Source of the DNA: a virus
Length of the DNA stretch: 64,000 nt
Reading direction: 5' to 3' (one strand)
IMG/VR virus record: IMGVR_UViG_3300049827_000246
Coordinates: 4,566 to 68,565 of that record
Below are positions 43,401 to 52,558 of this stretch, piece by piece (position 1 is the stretch's first letter; each line of letters opens with the position of its first letter). The position numbers and the translations under genes are program-made. The notes below the pieces were generated by a model. The model worked only from the letters and a program-made list of their open reading frames with translations. It had not been told where the DNA came from and did no database searches.

Positions 43401-44854
43401 AGTTGCTTGCCCCAGGGTAATCCGGGGGCTCTCTCCAGGGCTAATTTACCTTGGAGTTCTTGCACATGGCCACCATAACCGGGTTTCACGGTTTTTGGCA
43501 GCTGCCCTCTACGATATTCCACTCCTCTAAGCTCAGGAGTGATTCCCAAGCCTCGCAATCTGTTAAAAACGGCTGCTTCATACTGCCCGATCTTACCTTC
43601 CTTAACAACCTCGCCACGATCTAGCAAACGAGCCTTACCAAAAGCACCTTGGCCGATAGTTGTTCCAGGTGCCCGCATAGCACTAGCAAAGTCAAAGTCG
43701 TTGTCTGCTTCAAAAAAGCTGTTCTCTTTGTTCTTCGGGCGTGCCTGAATTCCTCGCCTCTGAAGCTCCGCTTCAATCTTCTTCCTCTGTCCAGGGTTCA
43801 GGCTATTCTGCCGCTGCACCAACACTTCTTGCAGAACGCTCGGGCTCTGAGCCAACAACTTCTTATCAACACGAACTGGCTTATTGACATCGAGCCCAGG
43901 AGCTTTCTCGCTGCCAGCCAGCCTTTTCCTCATTTCCTTCTCAATGCGCAGCCGTTGCCGAGGCGTCCATTTGCCCACTGCTAGCATATTCTCAACTTCA
44001 AAGTCATCTTTATCTTTGAAGAAGTCTTTATTGCCAACTGGACCCATATCCCGAAGTGCGTTCCGCAGTTGGTTGCGAGCTGCCCGAATACGCAAACGAG
44101 CGATGACAACATCAGGGTTGTCACCTCCAGGTTCACCCCTGCCAGGGAGTTTCCCGAGACCGAAATTCAGAGCTTGGGCACCAAGCTTCGCCAGCTCATC
44201 GACCTCCTTCAGCTCGCGGATGCGAGGAGCTTCACGCTCCCCGGACACACCTGCCTGACGCGCCAGTTCTGAAGGCCGAGCTGGCTTTGCGGTGGGTTGT
44301 TTAGGTGCGGTCGTTTTGGGAGCCGCAGCCTTAGGGGTAGCAGCCTTCGCCCTACCGCGCAATTCACTCTCAATCGCTTTAATTCTTTCGGGCGCAAGCT
44401 GGCTCCTGTATTTGAGTAGACCCTGCAAGACATCCGTGGGCTGCTTCTTAAATTCAGCCTTTTCTCGCTCGATGTTGATTCGAGGTTTAGCTGTTGCGGG
44501 TTTTGCCGAAGGTTGCTTCTTAGGAGTGGGCCCTTTCGGGGGGACTTTTGCTGCGGGCTTCTCCTTGGTACCTGTCGGAACTGGAGCGGCTGTCGGTGCT
44601 CCCTTCGCTGTAACATCCTGCCAACCAAAATTCTTCTTAGTCTTACCAGGCTGTGACCCCGGTTCCCGATTCAGGATAAACCGGCGAGCTTGTGCCAAGG
44701 ATTGACCCACCCACGGCAACTCCACGAGGCAGGTCATGTGTGCCGCAATGCACGCAGCTGAGCAATTTTTTCCTTTGATGCACCGTTTCCGGCGCCCACC
44801 AACGGCTGCTTGCTTTGCAGCTTTAATCCTACTTTCCCGTGGATATCTTTTCAT
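40472..44854 (-). CDS. 1460-aa protein with three tandem protein-kinase-like domains and K/A/P-rich linkers
   Basis: Three HNDMHGGNV catalytic loops followed by DMG/DMG/DFG; Gly loops GQGAFG, GGAQAN, GGGAQG; N-terminal Cys motif CIKGKNCSAACI. Confidence 0.88.
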   Translation of the reverse strand: MKRYPRESRIKAAKQAAVGGRRKRCIKGKNCSAACIAAHMTCLVELPWVGQSLAQARRFILNREPGSQPGKTKKNFGWQDVTAKGAPTAAPVPTGTKEKPAAKVPPKGPTPKKQPSAKPATAKPRINIEREKAEFKKQPTDVLQGLLKYRSQLAPERIKAIESELRGRAKAATPKAAAPKTTAPKQPTAKPARPSELARQAGVSGEREAPRIRELKEVDELAKLGAQALNFGLGKLPGRGEPGGDNPDVVIARLRIRAARNQLRNALRDMGPVGNKDFFKDKDDFEVENMLAVGKWTPRQRLRIEKEMRKRLAGSEKAPGLDVNKPVRVDKKLLAQSPSVLQEVLVQRQNSLNPGQRKKIEAELQRRGIQARPKNKENSFFEADNDFDFASAMRAPGTTIGQGAFGKARLLDRGEVVKEGKIGQYEAAVFNRLRGLGITPELRGVEYRRGQLPKTVKPGYGGHVQELQGKLALERAPGLPWGKQLYNADIPERKQLIDAYLRVRADLHRQGVAHNDMHGGNVFYDKKTGKAMLIDMGLAQISPKAALIEGLGVFNGRDWQADKYDLRGAKTPTVKKLQENIRKVEAELKRLGVDTDRMPQIRANSTKIQGALGKITDSQAQSLVNKLYSGIGGPSVASSRAAAPKAPTTKAPTAKAPTAKAPTAKPSKSTLASESSNSQFRKAIKIADDANLKNVAKFRTALNSVQNRELDKELARRGLQPAAAKAPTTKAPTAKAPTAKAPTAKAQAEKDSFQNPGKDFDFSKERAKPDGSFHRGGAQANDGVVIHRNVTTPNAIKKGEIGQYEVAIYEKLKGAGIAPEVLGVRYDSRVKPETVRGGLGGHIQGRPGELALGIGAGKPMGVFNSQNYPELADKYMLLRRDLHKRGIAHNDMHGGNVMYDPKTGKLTLIDMGLGQISPKAALVEALGAQDGGDLAGYVIIKGKKTPVVQQYLKNADEVRSILRRDYGIQALPGVRTSPEKLNRELGKLTDSEAQKLVDKVYSNLSTPKSAKPAKSTKPASPNRDWLNNQVKGEKTEVLQDFYNRYKGKLKPAVEKAYKDELNRRGALSNSSAPKPAAKPASAKPAAKAPTAKPASGKPKLDTDKMRSNLKKQDDRVLAEVLRQPNLASAQRNLIREEVQRRDLANKVRNDKTAVLERLDRLGEARLGKVKAEVVKAELQRRKANPQAEPPAPTKQQTAQAAKDSFLEAKKPYDFSAADRKPGWVDVGGGAQGEVRLNNNLSQPAAMKNGKVGQYEAAALERLQNVSNVPNLYGVRYDSKQGPQRMDSGLGGSLGPHIRERPGKLAMELKEGKPLYRVMGRDNKDQLTDDLVKARKAIHMRGVAHNDMHGGNVLYDDANKKLNVIDFGLAQISPKAALIEALGGWNARDFQAASMMYRGNGPAVKRYMQNVNNVEAKLKARGLDPDKIPGIRTPMADIDKYFGSMTDSEAQRLIADVYDGI
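42619..42921. repeat. Two blocks of 15-bp tandem repeats encoding (KAPTA/T)n
   Basis: Units like ctttggccgtgggcg at about 42619-42683 and 42860-42921. Confidence 0.85.
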
Positions 44855-44870
44855 GTTGCCTTAGTTTTGG

Positions 44871-45212
44871 TTATTTTCCGGAGATCTTTTTGATTGCCGC
44901 AGCTTGTCCGAGTTTCTGCAGGATGCCTTGGGCCTTCTTCAATTCTTCCGGAGTTAAATCGCGTCCTGTTTTCTTTCGGAAGGCAATCCTTAATTTTGCG
45001 AGTCGGCTGCTTCCTTCATCCTTCCTTCCTTCTGCCCGTTTATCTGAAATGGGCTTCCCTTCGCGGCAAGTTTCATTCGGGGAAACCCCATAGATTTCGC
45101 CACTACGCTTGATGCACCGAGCGAAGTCATATACAGGGCTTTCACCAAAGTCTACACCTTCGGCACATAGTTCGTTAAACTTTTCAAGTGCCTCCTCAGT
45201 GAAGTAGCTCAT
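44871..45212 (-). CDS. Small basic protein with DFARC..YG..C motif
   Basis: Preceded by GGGTAAAA; immediately upstream of the triple-kinase gene. Confidence 0.65.
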   Translation of the reverse strand: MSYFTEEALEKFNELCAEGVDFGESPVYDFARCIKRSGEIYGVSPNETCREGKPISDKRAEGRKDEGSSRLAKLRIAFRKKTGRDLTPEELKKAQGILQKLGQAAAIKKISGK

Positions 45213-45608
45213 TGGTCATCAGATTCCGTTCTGCTTAGCTTTTACCCTCTTCCCGGTGTATCCAGTCCTTCAGTTGCACAACGTAATCCCTCAGGTGTTC
45301 CGCCTGCTCCAGATGCCAGATTTCCCCCGTTGATATGAACAACGAGACATGCTCATCGATCGCGTTGAGGCAATGCTTGATAACCGGATTCCATGGTTTG
45401 CGTAGTGGTGTATTCCACGTTCTTCTCTCGTTCTCTTGTTCTGCCACAGCTCATCAGACTCGGAATATGGCAATATCCGAATAAGAAAGGGTGCGGGAGA
45501 GGTGTCTCGAACTCACCCCTTTATCCCGCATTACTTCCTTTCGCTTAAGGTCAACACCGGCTTAACGGGCTGGGCCTCGCGGACACCAACTTGACCATGC
45601 ACAAAGTT

Positions 45609-46166
45609 TTACCCTTCCTGGTACACACTTACGTACACTTTGTTAGCTTTCGTCAGAGGGAAAAGATTTTCCCGCAGATGCTTATTGTGCATGCGCACAC
45701 AGCCATGAGTTGCATACAGCGGTTGCATCGGTTGCCATGCACCAGGCCAACCACAGGCGGAACCACCGCCGTGAATCATGATGCCGGCTCGGCCATACTT
45801 AGCTTCTTGATTCTCAAGCTCCTCTAAGTCGAAACTGTACCAGCCGTAAGCCATCAGAGTTCGATCGTAGTTAGGGGTTGATCCTACTCGATCATAGTCA
45901 CGATACACCGCTCCAATCCGATAAAGACCGGGAGGTGTGTCTGTGTTGGTCAGCTTGAACTCGTGGTCGCTACCTTGGCCGCGAGCTAAGCAAGGCAACT
46001 CCCACAGGAGCGTACCGTCAAAGTTAAATGCCTTAATTGTTTCAGTAATGTCGTTAACAATCAAATGGTGGTCTCCTGGGCGAAAACCAAAGTCCTGGGG
46101 TTTTTTCTTGGGTCCAATCATTTTTGTAATAGTAAAAGAGGGAGCCGGAGCCCCCTCGAGAATCAC
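45609..46166 (-). CDS. L,D-transpeptidase (YkuD) family protein
   Basis: TPPGLY, GIMIHGG, THGCVRM catalytic motif. Confidence 0.85.
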   Translation of the reverse strand: MILEGAPAPSFTITKMIGPKKKPQDFGFRPGDHHLIVNDITETIKAFNFDGTLLWELPCLARGQGSDHEFKLTNTDTPPGLYRIGAVYRDYDRVGSTPNYDRTLMAYGWYSFDLEELENQEAKYGRAGIMIHGGGSACGWPGAWQPMQPLYATHGCVRMHNKHLRENLFPLTKANKVYVSVYQEG

Positions 46167-46383
46167 TTCTTAAAGAAAGGAAGTTTGGTAATAAGGTCGT
46201 AAAGAGGTTGAAGCTTTTTGAGATTATCGTCGATATTCTTCATCAGTAGAATCAGCATATCGATTTTCTTCTCAAGACGTTCCACACGCTTAGTAATCGG
46301 TTCGAGGCCCTCTTCAAGTTCTTGCTTCAAATAAGCACCAGGGTCGCCCGACTCAACCAAGTCTCCAACCAGCTTTCCGATCT

Positions 46384-46743
46384 TCATGCTTCTTCCGAGA
46401 CTTTTACTTCGACAATGCGAGCATCACGTTTAGGGATGCGAATGGTAAGCAGACCGTGCTTCAAGGAAGCCACGGTGTGATCTGCATCGATGCGTTGACC
46501 TAGCGTGAAAAATGCGTTTCCGCGAGGCGTTTCCACAGTCAGGCTACGACCTTCAATGCGTACTTTAACATCTTCAGGTGTCACTCCGGGCACTTCCACT
46601 TCGGCGACAGCGGCGTCATCTTCGGAAGCAATGCGGTAATTAAGCCCAGCGCGTGCGTTGCTCGTCTGTGCAAAGGGGGTCTGAGTGAGGTTTAGAATGT
46701 TGCTAAACTCATCAAACAGAGGGCTACGAACAAGGTTAGTCAT
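46384..46743 (-). CDS. Small heat shock protein (Hsp20)
   Basis: EVPGV.PEDVKV...ASLKHGLLTIRIPK...IVEV. Confidence 0.88.
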   Translation of the reverse strand: MTNLVRSPLFDEFSNILNLTQTPFAQTSNARAGLNYRIASEDDAAVAEVEVPGVTPEDVKVRIEGRSLTVETPRGNAFFTLGQRIDADHTVASLKHGLLTIRIPKRDARIVEVKVSEEA

Positions 46744-46804
46744 GGTTCTCAGGACTCAAAAGAGTAAAGGGTGAGAGAGGCTTAGCCTCAACACCATTAT
46801 ACCC

Positions 46805-47185
46805 TTATTCTTCTCTGGTAACCTTAGCAGGTGCCTTTTTCACTGCGTCATGCACACTAACCTTGATGCTATGAGCCTCGGGCGGAGTAGGTAGAGGCAC
46901 GGTCAGAGTCAGCATACCCCACAGAATATCAGCTTTGATCTTCGTGGTGTCAATCGTAGGGTTGACCGGAAGCGTTAGCTCACCACGCTCGCATTTCACG
47001 AACAGGGTGTTTTCTTCAAACTGAACCTCAACGGTAGAAGGGTCCACACCGGGAACCTCGATTTTGATTTCGGTTGTGCTGTCGGTAAGGGTTGAAGTGT
47101 GCGGGAGAGTAACAACCGGAGTTCCCTCGAACTGCGCGGATTTTGGTCGGGAGAGCAGGAGGCTCTTGTTTGCTACTTGTGACAT
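46805..47185 (-). CDS. Second Hsp20-like protein
   Basis: IEVPGVDPSTVEV...IKADILWGMLTLTVP...IKV. Confidence 0.8.
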   Translation of the reverse strand: MSQVANKSLLLSRPKSAQFEGTPVVTLPHTSTLTDSTTEIKIEVPGVDPSTVEVQFEENTLFVKCERGELTLPVNPTIDTTKIKADILWGMLTLTVPLPTPPEAHSIKVSVHDAVKKAPAKVTREE

Positions 47186-47485
47186 GATGTTTGTGTGTTT
47201 ACAGGGTTTTACCCGGAGGAGTCGTGGTTGCTGTGCGGCACTTCTTACGGGTTTCGGCTGCCTTCTTGGCTGCCTCCGACCGAGTAGCCGACGGAATGTT
47301 GTCTTGTCCTTGATTGGCTTGGGATCGATTTTGATCTGCTTGCCGCTGGGCAGCGGTTCGCGTTTTCTTCATCATTTGGCGTTTGGCTTTCTGTCCGCAC
47401 TCGCCTTCCAGAGGGTTAACTTGTCCTTCTGTGTACAGCATGTGCTGAACTGAATTCAAAGCTTCCGCTGCGAAACCAGGAATGT

Positions 47486-48010
47486 TCACCCTAATGCCCT
47501 CATGCCAAAAACTTCTTTGCTGCTTCCACTCTGAGGATTACCGGGACCTTTAGGTAATGCGGGGCCAGATAGCATCTCGGCATCGTTGTTAACCTTTTGC
47601 TTTCCGAGGTCACCTTTGACCCCCGTTTTAGAAATAGGGAGTTGCCCTCTGCCAGGTTTTTTGCTAAGCCCTGTGTGATAGTTATCTGGATTTTCTGGGC
47701 CCGGACCTTTCCCTGTCTCAAATTGCTTCTTCCAGTCGGGTTCTTCGAAGGAAGAGGAGGAAGCCGAATGCTTACTGGACTTAACCAGTGACTCAGCGAA
47801 CATTGTTGTCACTTCGTCAGCCACATCCGCAGGGAATCCAATACTCTGTAAAATCTCAGAGTACTTACTCTCACCGCAGGCACTCAACGCAATTGCGCGA
47901 GCTTGCTTAGGGTTGGTGACTACTTTGCCTCCCTTACCAGAGTGCAGCTCACCCCGGTGAAAACGGGACATTTCATCACCAACGCAGTCAGGACCTTTGC
48001 GAACTGGCAT
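47486..48010 (-). CDS. DUF6496-like basic protein
   Basis: EMSRFHRGELHSGKGGKVVTNPKQARAIALS; likely start is ATG 48010. Confidence 0.6.
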   Translation of the reverse strand: MPVRKGPDCVGDEMSRFHRGELHSGKGGKVVTNPKQARAIALSACGESKYSEILQSIGFPADVADEVTTMFAESLVKSSKHSASSSSFEEPDWKKQFETGKGPGPENPDNYHTGLSKKPGRGQLPISKTGVKGDLGKQKVNNDAEMLSGPALPKGPGNPQSGSSKEVFGMRALG

Positions 48011-48011
48011 T

Positions 48012-48185
48012 TCAGGGCTTAGCAAATTTGCCCAGGACTTTTTTGCCGATGTTTACGACAAGCTGTAAGGTAGAGTTGGCTTTCAGCTTTTGGTTTGCGG
48101 CAATATACTGCTCAAAAGCAAGCCAAAGGGCAAGGATCCAGGTTCCGTTTGCTTCTAGAAAGGCAATTAACGCAGCTACAGACAT
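48012..48185 (-). CDS. 57-aa membrane protein, holin-like candidate
   Basis: Below the ORF-track cutoff. MSVAALIAFLEANGTWILALWLAFEQYIAANQKLKANSTLQLVVNIGKKVLGKFAKP, with GGGTAAAA motif upstream. Confidence 0.55.
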   Translation of the reverse strand: MSVAALIAFLEANGTWILALWLAFEQYIAANQKLKANSTLQLVVNIGKKVLGKFAKP

Positions 48186-48387
48186 GGTTTACTCCATTCA
48201 CTATTCGGTTTTACCCTCCTCAAATTCCTGTATGTAATCTCTTAGCTGAGTTACTTGATGGGTGAGTTTTGTTAAGAGTGCTAGCGACTCTGAAAGAAAA
48301 TCCTCCAGCTCTTCACGTGACAGCTCGCTAAGCCGACGTTTAATTGAAAGAGCGCGAAACTCTTTTTCCAGGGGTAGCGGATGCAGC

Positions 48388-49065
48388 TTAAAGTTTTTCT
48401 GTGAATCCATGGGCTACTGATTGCAGTTCATAAAACTTGTTGGCAGCCCACTCACGTTCTTCTTCGCTGACGTCGGCTCCGTCCACATACTGTAATAGCA
48501 TTTTCATCTCCGCATCACTCAAACCTCGAATCTGACTGACGAGCTCGGGTGACAGTAAAGTAGCTTTGTGCTCCTCAAAGTTATACACAAATTCCGGAGT
48601 GACCCAGTCTTCCGGAGAGCTGTCATAGGAAACATGATAATTGTTTGCCGCCAATTCACAATGAAGAACTTTCGTTTCTTCGATGCCTAGGATTTCGGCA
48701 ATTTCCCCGTAGGTTTTTCCTTCAGCCACCAGTTCTTGTATTTGATTCCGGTAAGTGGCCACCCAGCGCGGAGTGCGAACCATACGGGAGTAATCGCGAA
48801 GAGCGTGTTGAATGTAGCCCCGAGCAGTGTTCCAGGCGTACGTGCTGTACTTTACACCCATGTCAGGGCGATATCGGGTAGCAGCAACACATAAAGCAAA
48901 GTTTGCTATGGACTCTAGATCCTCACGGGTGAGAGAGCCCGTATGACCACCCGTTAGACACTTTGCCCCATGCGCAAGCCTGCCGGCTATCCACTTGTGC
49001 TCTTCTACGAGTGCTTGTTGTTCAGAGGACAAAGGAGGATACTTTTTGTAACGGCGACGCGTCAT
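48388..49065 (-). CDS. Phage RNA polymerase sigma factor (SigB/F-like)
   Basis: Region 2 EDLES.ANFAL..AATRY...KYSTYAW...GYIQHALRD.SRMVRTPR; region 3 EIAEILGI. Likely start is ATG 49065. Confidence 0.85.
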   Translation of the reverse strand: MTRRRYKKYPPLSSEQQALVEEHKWIAGRLAHGAKCLTGGHTGSLTREDLESIANFALCVAATRYRPDMGVKYSTYAWNTARGYIQHALRDYSRMVRTPRWVATYRNQIQELVAEGKTYGEIAEILGIEETKVLHCELAANNYHVSYDSSPEDWVTPEFVYNFEEHKATLLSPELVSQIRGLSDAEMKMLLQYVDGADVSEEEREWAANKFYELQSVAHGFTEKL

Positions 49066-49066
49066 T

Positions 49067-50977
49067 TTAGGCTTCGCAAGCTTGGCATTCGGCATAGACT
49101 GGCTCGGTAGTTTGAGACTTAAGGTTGATGTAATCGGTGTAGCCACCTACGTGTTTCTTGTAGAGCCACATTTGCGGTACTGTTTTCCACTCAGGCTTCC
49201 AGTATCCTTTTTCTTCTGCCTCTGCCTTAGTAATTTCAGAGTATCGAATACCTTCACTAGAAAGTAGATCTTTGAGTTTCACACACCAGGGGCAATCTTC
49301 CTTGGTTACAATCAGGGCTGGGACAACCTTTTTGTTTGTAAGAAGGGAGGAAGACTTAAGATAGTACAGGGATTTAAGACCCATCTTCCACGCAGACAAA
49401 TGCAGTCGCATAATGTAAGCAGGGTCGGACTCGGGGTCAACGAATAAGTTTAACGATTGACCCTGACAAATAAACTGTTGCCGGTCAGAAGCCTGCTTGA
49501 TTAATTCAAACTGGTCAATTTCGCGAGCGGTCTTAAAAACTTCTTTCTCCGTCTCCGTTAGGCAAGTTAAATCTTGTACGCTTCCTTTAGCCTGAAGAAT
49601 CTCTTCCCAAATTTCCGGCCCAATGTTACGCTCACAAAACAAGCGCTCTAGGACAGGGTTCTTACGGACGTAGGTACCTTTTGCCTGCTTAGCAACGAAA
49701 TAGTTCGAATCAATCGGCTCGATTCCCTGACTAAACGCTCCACTGATAACACTATTAGTCCGAGTAGGAGCAACAGCAAGCAAATGAGTATGGCGCATGC
49801 CGGACCCCACGCACCATTCGGGTTCGCCAAACCTCTCGGCCAACTCTCGTGAGGCAATCTCGGATTGCTCTCGAATCCAACGATGTGTTTCGATGTTGAG
49901 CTCGCGAGCGCCTGAGGAACTAAAAGGTAATCCACGTTTCTGATAAAGAGTGTGCAGACCCATTGTACCGAGGCCTAGTGCCCGACTTTTTTCAGCAAAG
50001 CGGACGGATCGACCGAGTCCAACTTTGTCTTTTGCCTTACGAATGAATTCTGAAACGACCGCGTCAAGGAGATGAATCGCGAGTTGGGGGACTGTACGTC
50101 CGCTAACAGGAGATTTCCAACCACTAAAGTCGTCGTACCGACTAAGATTGAGGCTGCTAAGGACGCAGACGAACGAATGATGCTCATCGGTGTGCAGGAA
50201 GATTTCTGAACAGAGGTTTGAAGTCTTTACAGAGAGGCCACGCTCGGTGTAGCACTCAGGGTTCTGGCGGTTGGCGTTGTCGATGAAGACCAGGTATGGG
50301 GACCCAGAGATCATTCGAGTCTTGAGGACCTCACCGAACAACTCTTGCTTGTGAGTGTCGCCAGCAATCATCGACTCAACCCACTCGTCGCTGATAGTTA
50401 AGGCTATGTTGCTGTCAATTAGCTGCCTGGGGTCGCCCTTAGCGTGGTCTTTTGCGCGAAGAAGCTCCGGGACATCTGGATGTGAAATAGGAAGATACAT
50501 CGCAAATGATCCGCGACGGACACCGCCTTGGGAGACAACGGAAGCACACAAATCATATTGACGAGCCCACGGGACCACTCCCGTTGATTGTCCTCCTCCG
50601 GAAATGGGAGAGCCGGCAGGGCGAACGTCTCCCAAGTAAACGCCGACGCCTCCTCCATTTTTACTAAGGGCGGCCACTTCCTTGAGGTGTGAGTACACCG
50701 AACTAACTGAGTCACTTAGGTGAACAGAGTAACAGCTGACGGGCAAACCTCTATTCGTGCCGAAGTTAGAGGCCACAGGACTGGCCGGCCCGATAAAACC
50801 GTTCCACAGGCAATAAAAAAGATCTTCCTCGAGGGAGGGATCTTGGTTGATTTTCGCGGCAGTGGTTGCTAGCCGCATCATCATATCTTGTGGGGTTTCT
50901 CCGGAAAGAAGGTACCCCTTAGACAATGTATGGAGGGCTTCTTCGGACATCCATTCAGGGTGAGTTTCAATAATCAT
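49067..50977 (-). CDS. nrdA: Ribonucleotide reductase class I alpha subunit with fused glutaredoxin domain
   Basis: SCY, GGGVG, NLCSEI, APT and KSLYY motifs, then TKEDCPWC...TVPQ...VGGY and terminal ECQACEA. Confidence 0.95.
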   Translation of the reverse strand: MIIETHPEWMSEEALHTLSKGYLLSGETPQDMMMRLATTAAKINQDPSLEEDLFYCLWNGFIGPASPVASNFGTNRGLPVSCYSVHLSDSVSSVYSHLKEVAALSKNGGGVGVYLGDVRPAGSPISGGGQSTGVVPWARQYDLCASVVSQGGVRRGSFAMYLPISHPDVPELLRAKDHAKGDPRQLIDSNIALTISDEWVESMIAGDTHKQELFGEVLKTRMISGSPYLVFIDNANRQNPECYTERGLSVKTSNLCSEIFLHTDEHHSFVCVLSSLNLSRYDDFSGWKSPVSGRTVPQLAIHLLDAVVSEFIRKAKDKVGLGRSVRFAEKSRALGLGTMGLHTLYQKRGLPFSSSGARELNIETHRWIREQSEIASRELAERFGEPEWCVGSGMRHTHLLAVAPTRTNSVISGAFSQGIEPIDSNYFVAKQAKGTYVRKNPVLERLFCERNIGPEIWEEILQAKGSVQDLTCLTETEKEVFKTAREIDQFELIKQASDRQQFICQGQSLNLFVDPESDPAYIMRLHLSAWKMGLKSLYYLKSSSLLTNKKVVPALIVTKEDCPWCVKLKDLLSSEGIRYSEITKAEAEEKGYWKPEWKTVPQMWLYKKHVGGYTDYINLKSQTTEPVYAECQACEA

Positions 50978-51948
50978 TTGAGCACTAGATTTAAGGTTTT
51001 CAAATTAACGCCCATGTAATCTTGAACTGGCTTAGCAATGTAAGAGTCACCTGATTTAGCCTGGGCAAAAAAGTCTGTGCTGGTGGCACCGGCAGCTATG
51101 GCGTCAAACCACTGCTTGATGCTATCAGCGCTCTCTCGATCATACTTGTATTCCTTCTGAATACCCAAGGCTGACAATCGGTTATTAGCCCTATGAAGAA
51201 TGAAATTGCGAAGATCTATGGGGTTGATCGTGTCTAATTGACGACCACCGAAAATCTTATCGATAAATGCAAACTCGTTTTCAATAATAGCGTCAAAACC
51301 TTGGCCGATGTCTTGAGCCTCTTCGATAGTTAAAGGATCTTCTTTTACAAGTTCCCGGAACAGTCGGATTCCTGTGTCACTGTGAGATTGCTCGTCTTGG
51401 ATGCTCCACGAAATAATTTGCGAAAGACCGCGATATTTTCCAGTAAGGTTAAGAGATAGAAGAACGGAGAAACTACTAAAGAGAGAAACACCCTCCCCAG
51501 CACCGCTAAACACAGCCAAGCTGCTTTTAACTCCTCGATTTTCAAGGAAATAGCCGATCTTTTGTTGGGCGACGGGGTCGCCGAGGAATGCTTCGAATTC
51601 ATTGAGTCCTAAGGTATCAGACAGCAGGTTATACGCATGAGCGTGCACCACTTCCGAAAAAGAGAACGCCCTGGCAACGGCAGCAATCTCATGCTTAGGG
51701 AACCACTCGGGGATTTGCGACCAGTAATCTCCAATATGTGTTTCCAGAATGGTGAACCCCTTTAGAATACCCCCGACAATTTCTCTCTCGTCTTGGGAAG
51801 CATTTTGCCAATCGCGAATGTCACTTTCAAAAGAAACTTCCTCTGGGCGCCAAACCGACGCTAATGCCTTTTGATACTGTTCGAAAAAGTAAGGGTGCTC
51901 AAACCCTTGTTCTGTTTTGTAAGCTTCGCGATAATCACGAATTCCCAT
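50974..51948 (-). CDS. nrdB: Ribonucleotide reductase class I beta subunit
   Basis: W.PEE, EVVHAHAY, EGVSLFSSF, DEQSH, TDFF....Y. Confidence 0.95.
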   Translation of the reverse strand: MGIRDYREAYKTEQGFEHPYFFEQYQKALASVWRPEEVSFESDIRDWQNASQDEREIVGGILKGFTILETHIGDYWSQIPEWFPKHEIAAVARAFSFSEVVHAHAYNLLSDTLGLNEFEAFLGDPVAQQKIGYFLENRGVKSSLAVFSGAGEGVSLFSSFSVLLSLNLTGKYRGLSQIISWSIQDEQSHSDTGIRLFRELVKEDPLTIEEAQDIGQGFDAIIENEFAFIDKIFGGRQLDTINPIDLRNFILHRANNRLSALGIQKEYKYDRESADSIKQWFDAIAAGATSTDFFAQAKSGDSYIAKPVQDYMGVNLKTLNLVLK

Positions 51949-52558
51949 TGACTTCGTCCTCTAAGAAATACCAGTTGAATCCGCCTGCCGTTGTGTGATG
52001 TCCGTTACAACAGCGAGAAATTGAGGTTCGGGGTATACCTAAAACCTTGGAGGCCTCGCCTGCTGAAGCGTACACAACTCCTGTCTGTTCACAGACTACT
52101 CGCTTCCGTAGTTTAGCGGCACTTTTCTTACCGTTTTGGGCCCCATACTTTTGGCCCAGCGATCTACCTTTTTGTTTGGCGGCGTCTGGATGTCTTTGCT
52201 GGGTTGTTTTACCGCCTCTCCTAGTGCCCTCTAAGAGTCTAGTGAGAGACTCTTCGGATAATAGGGAAGGATCGCAACCGCCTTCTCCCCCGGGAGTGAA
52301 GTTAAACAAAAAGCCCCCAGATGTGACACTACCGTAACATGCGATTAAATGACGCTCGATGTTTTCGCAAGAGTTTCTGGACCCAGTAAATACCGTGTCT
52401 ACACGAAACATTTCTAAACTCTCCGCTTTTCTGCGGCGTCCTTCTGCTTGTTTGTTATGTCGCCGGCACGTCGATCGTTTTTTAGACCCAATGCCAACGT
52501 AAAACGGTACATTGTTGTCTAGCCAGAGATAGACGTTACATTGCTGCGGCTCGCTCAT
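51935..52558 (-). CDS. GIY-YIG homing endonuclease with NUMOD1 C-terminus
   Basis: VYLW...FYVGIG, E.HLI..YG, N.TPGGEG; YASAGEAS......ISRCC...TAGGFNW. Confidence 0.85.
   Translation of the reverse strand: MSEPQQCNVYLWLDNNVPFYVGIGSKKRSTCRRHNKQAEGRRRKAESLEMFRVDTVFTGSRNSCENIERHLIACYGSVTSGGFLFNFTPGGEGGCDPSLLSEESLTRLLEGTRRGGKTTQQRHPDAAKQKGRSLGQKYGAQNGKKSAAKLRKRVVCEQTGVVYASAGEASKVLGIPRTSISRCCNGHHTTAGGFNWYFLEDEVNGNS

Noticed and set aside
49067-51948. Intein or intron in nrdA/nrdB
   Set aside because: Both frames are continuous and compact with no splicing motifs; the extra domain is a glutaredoxin.
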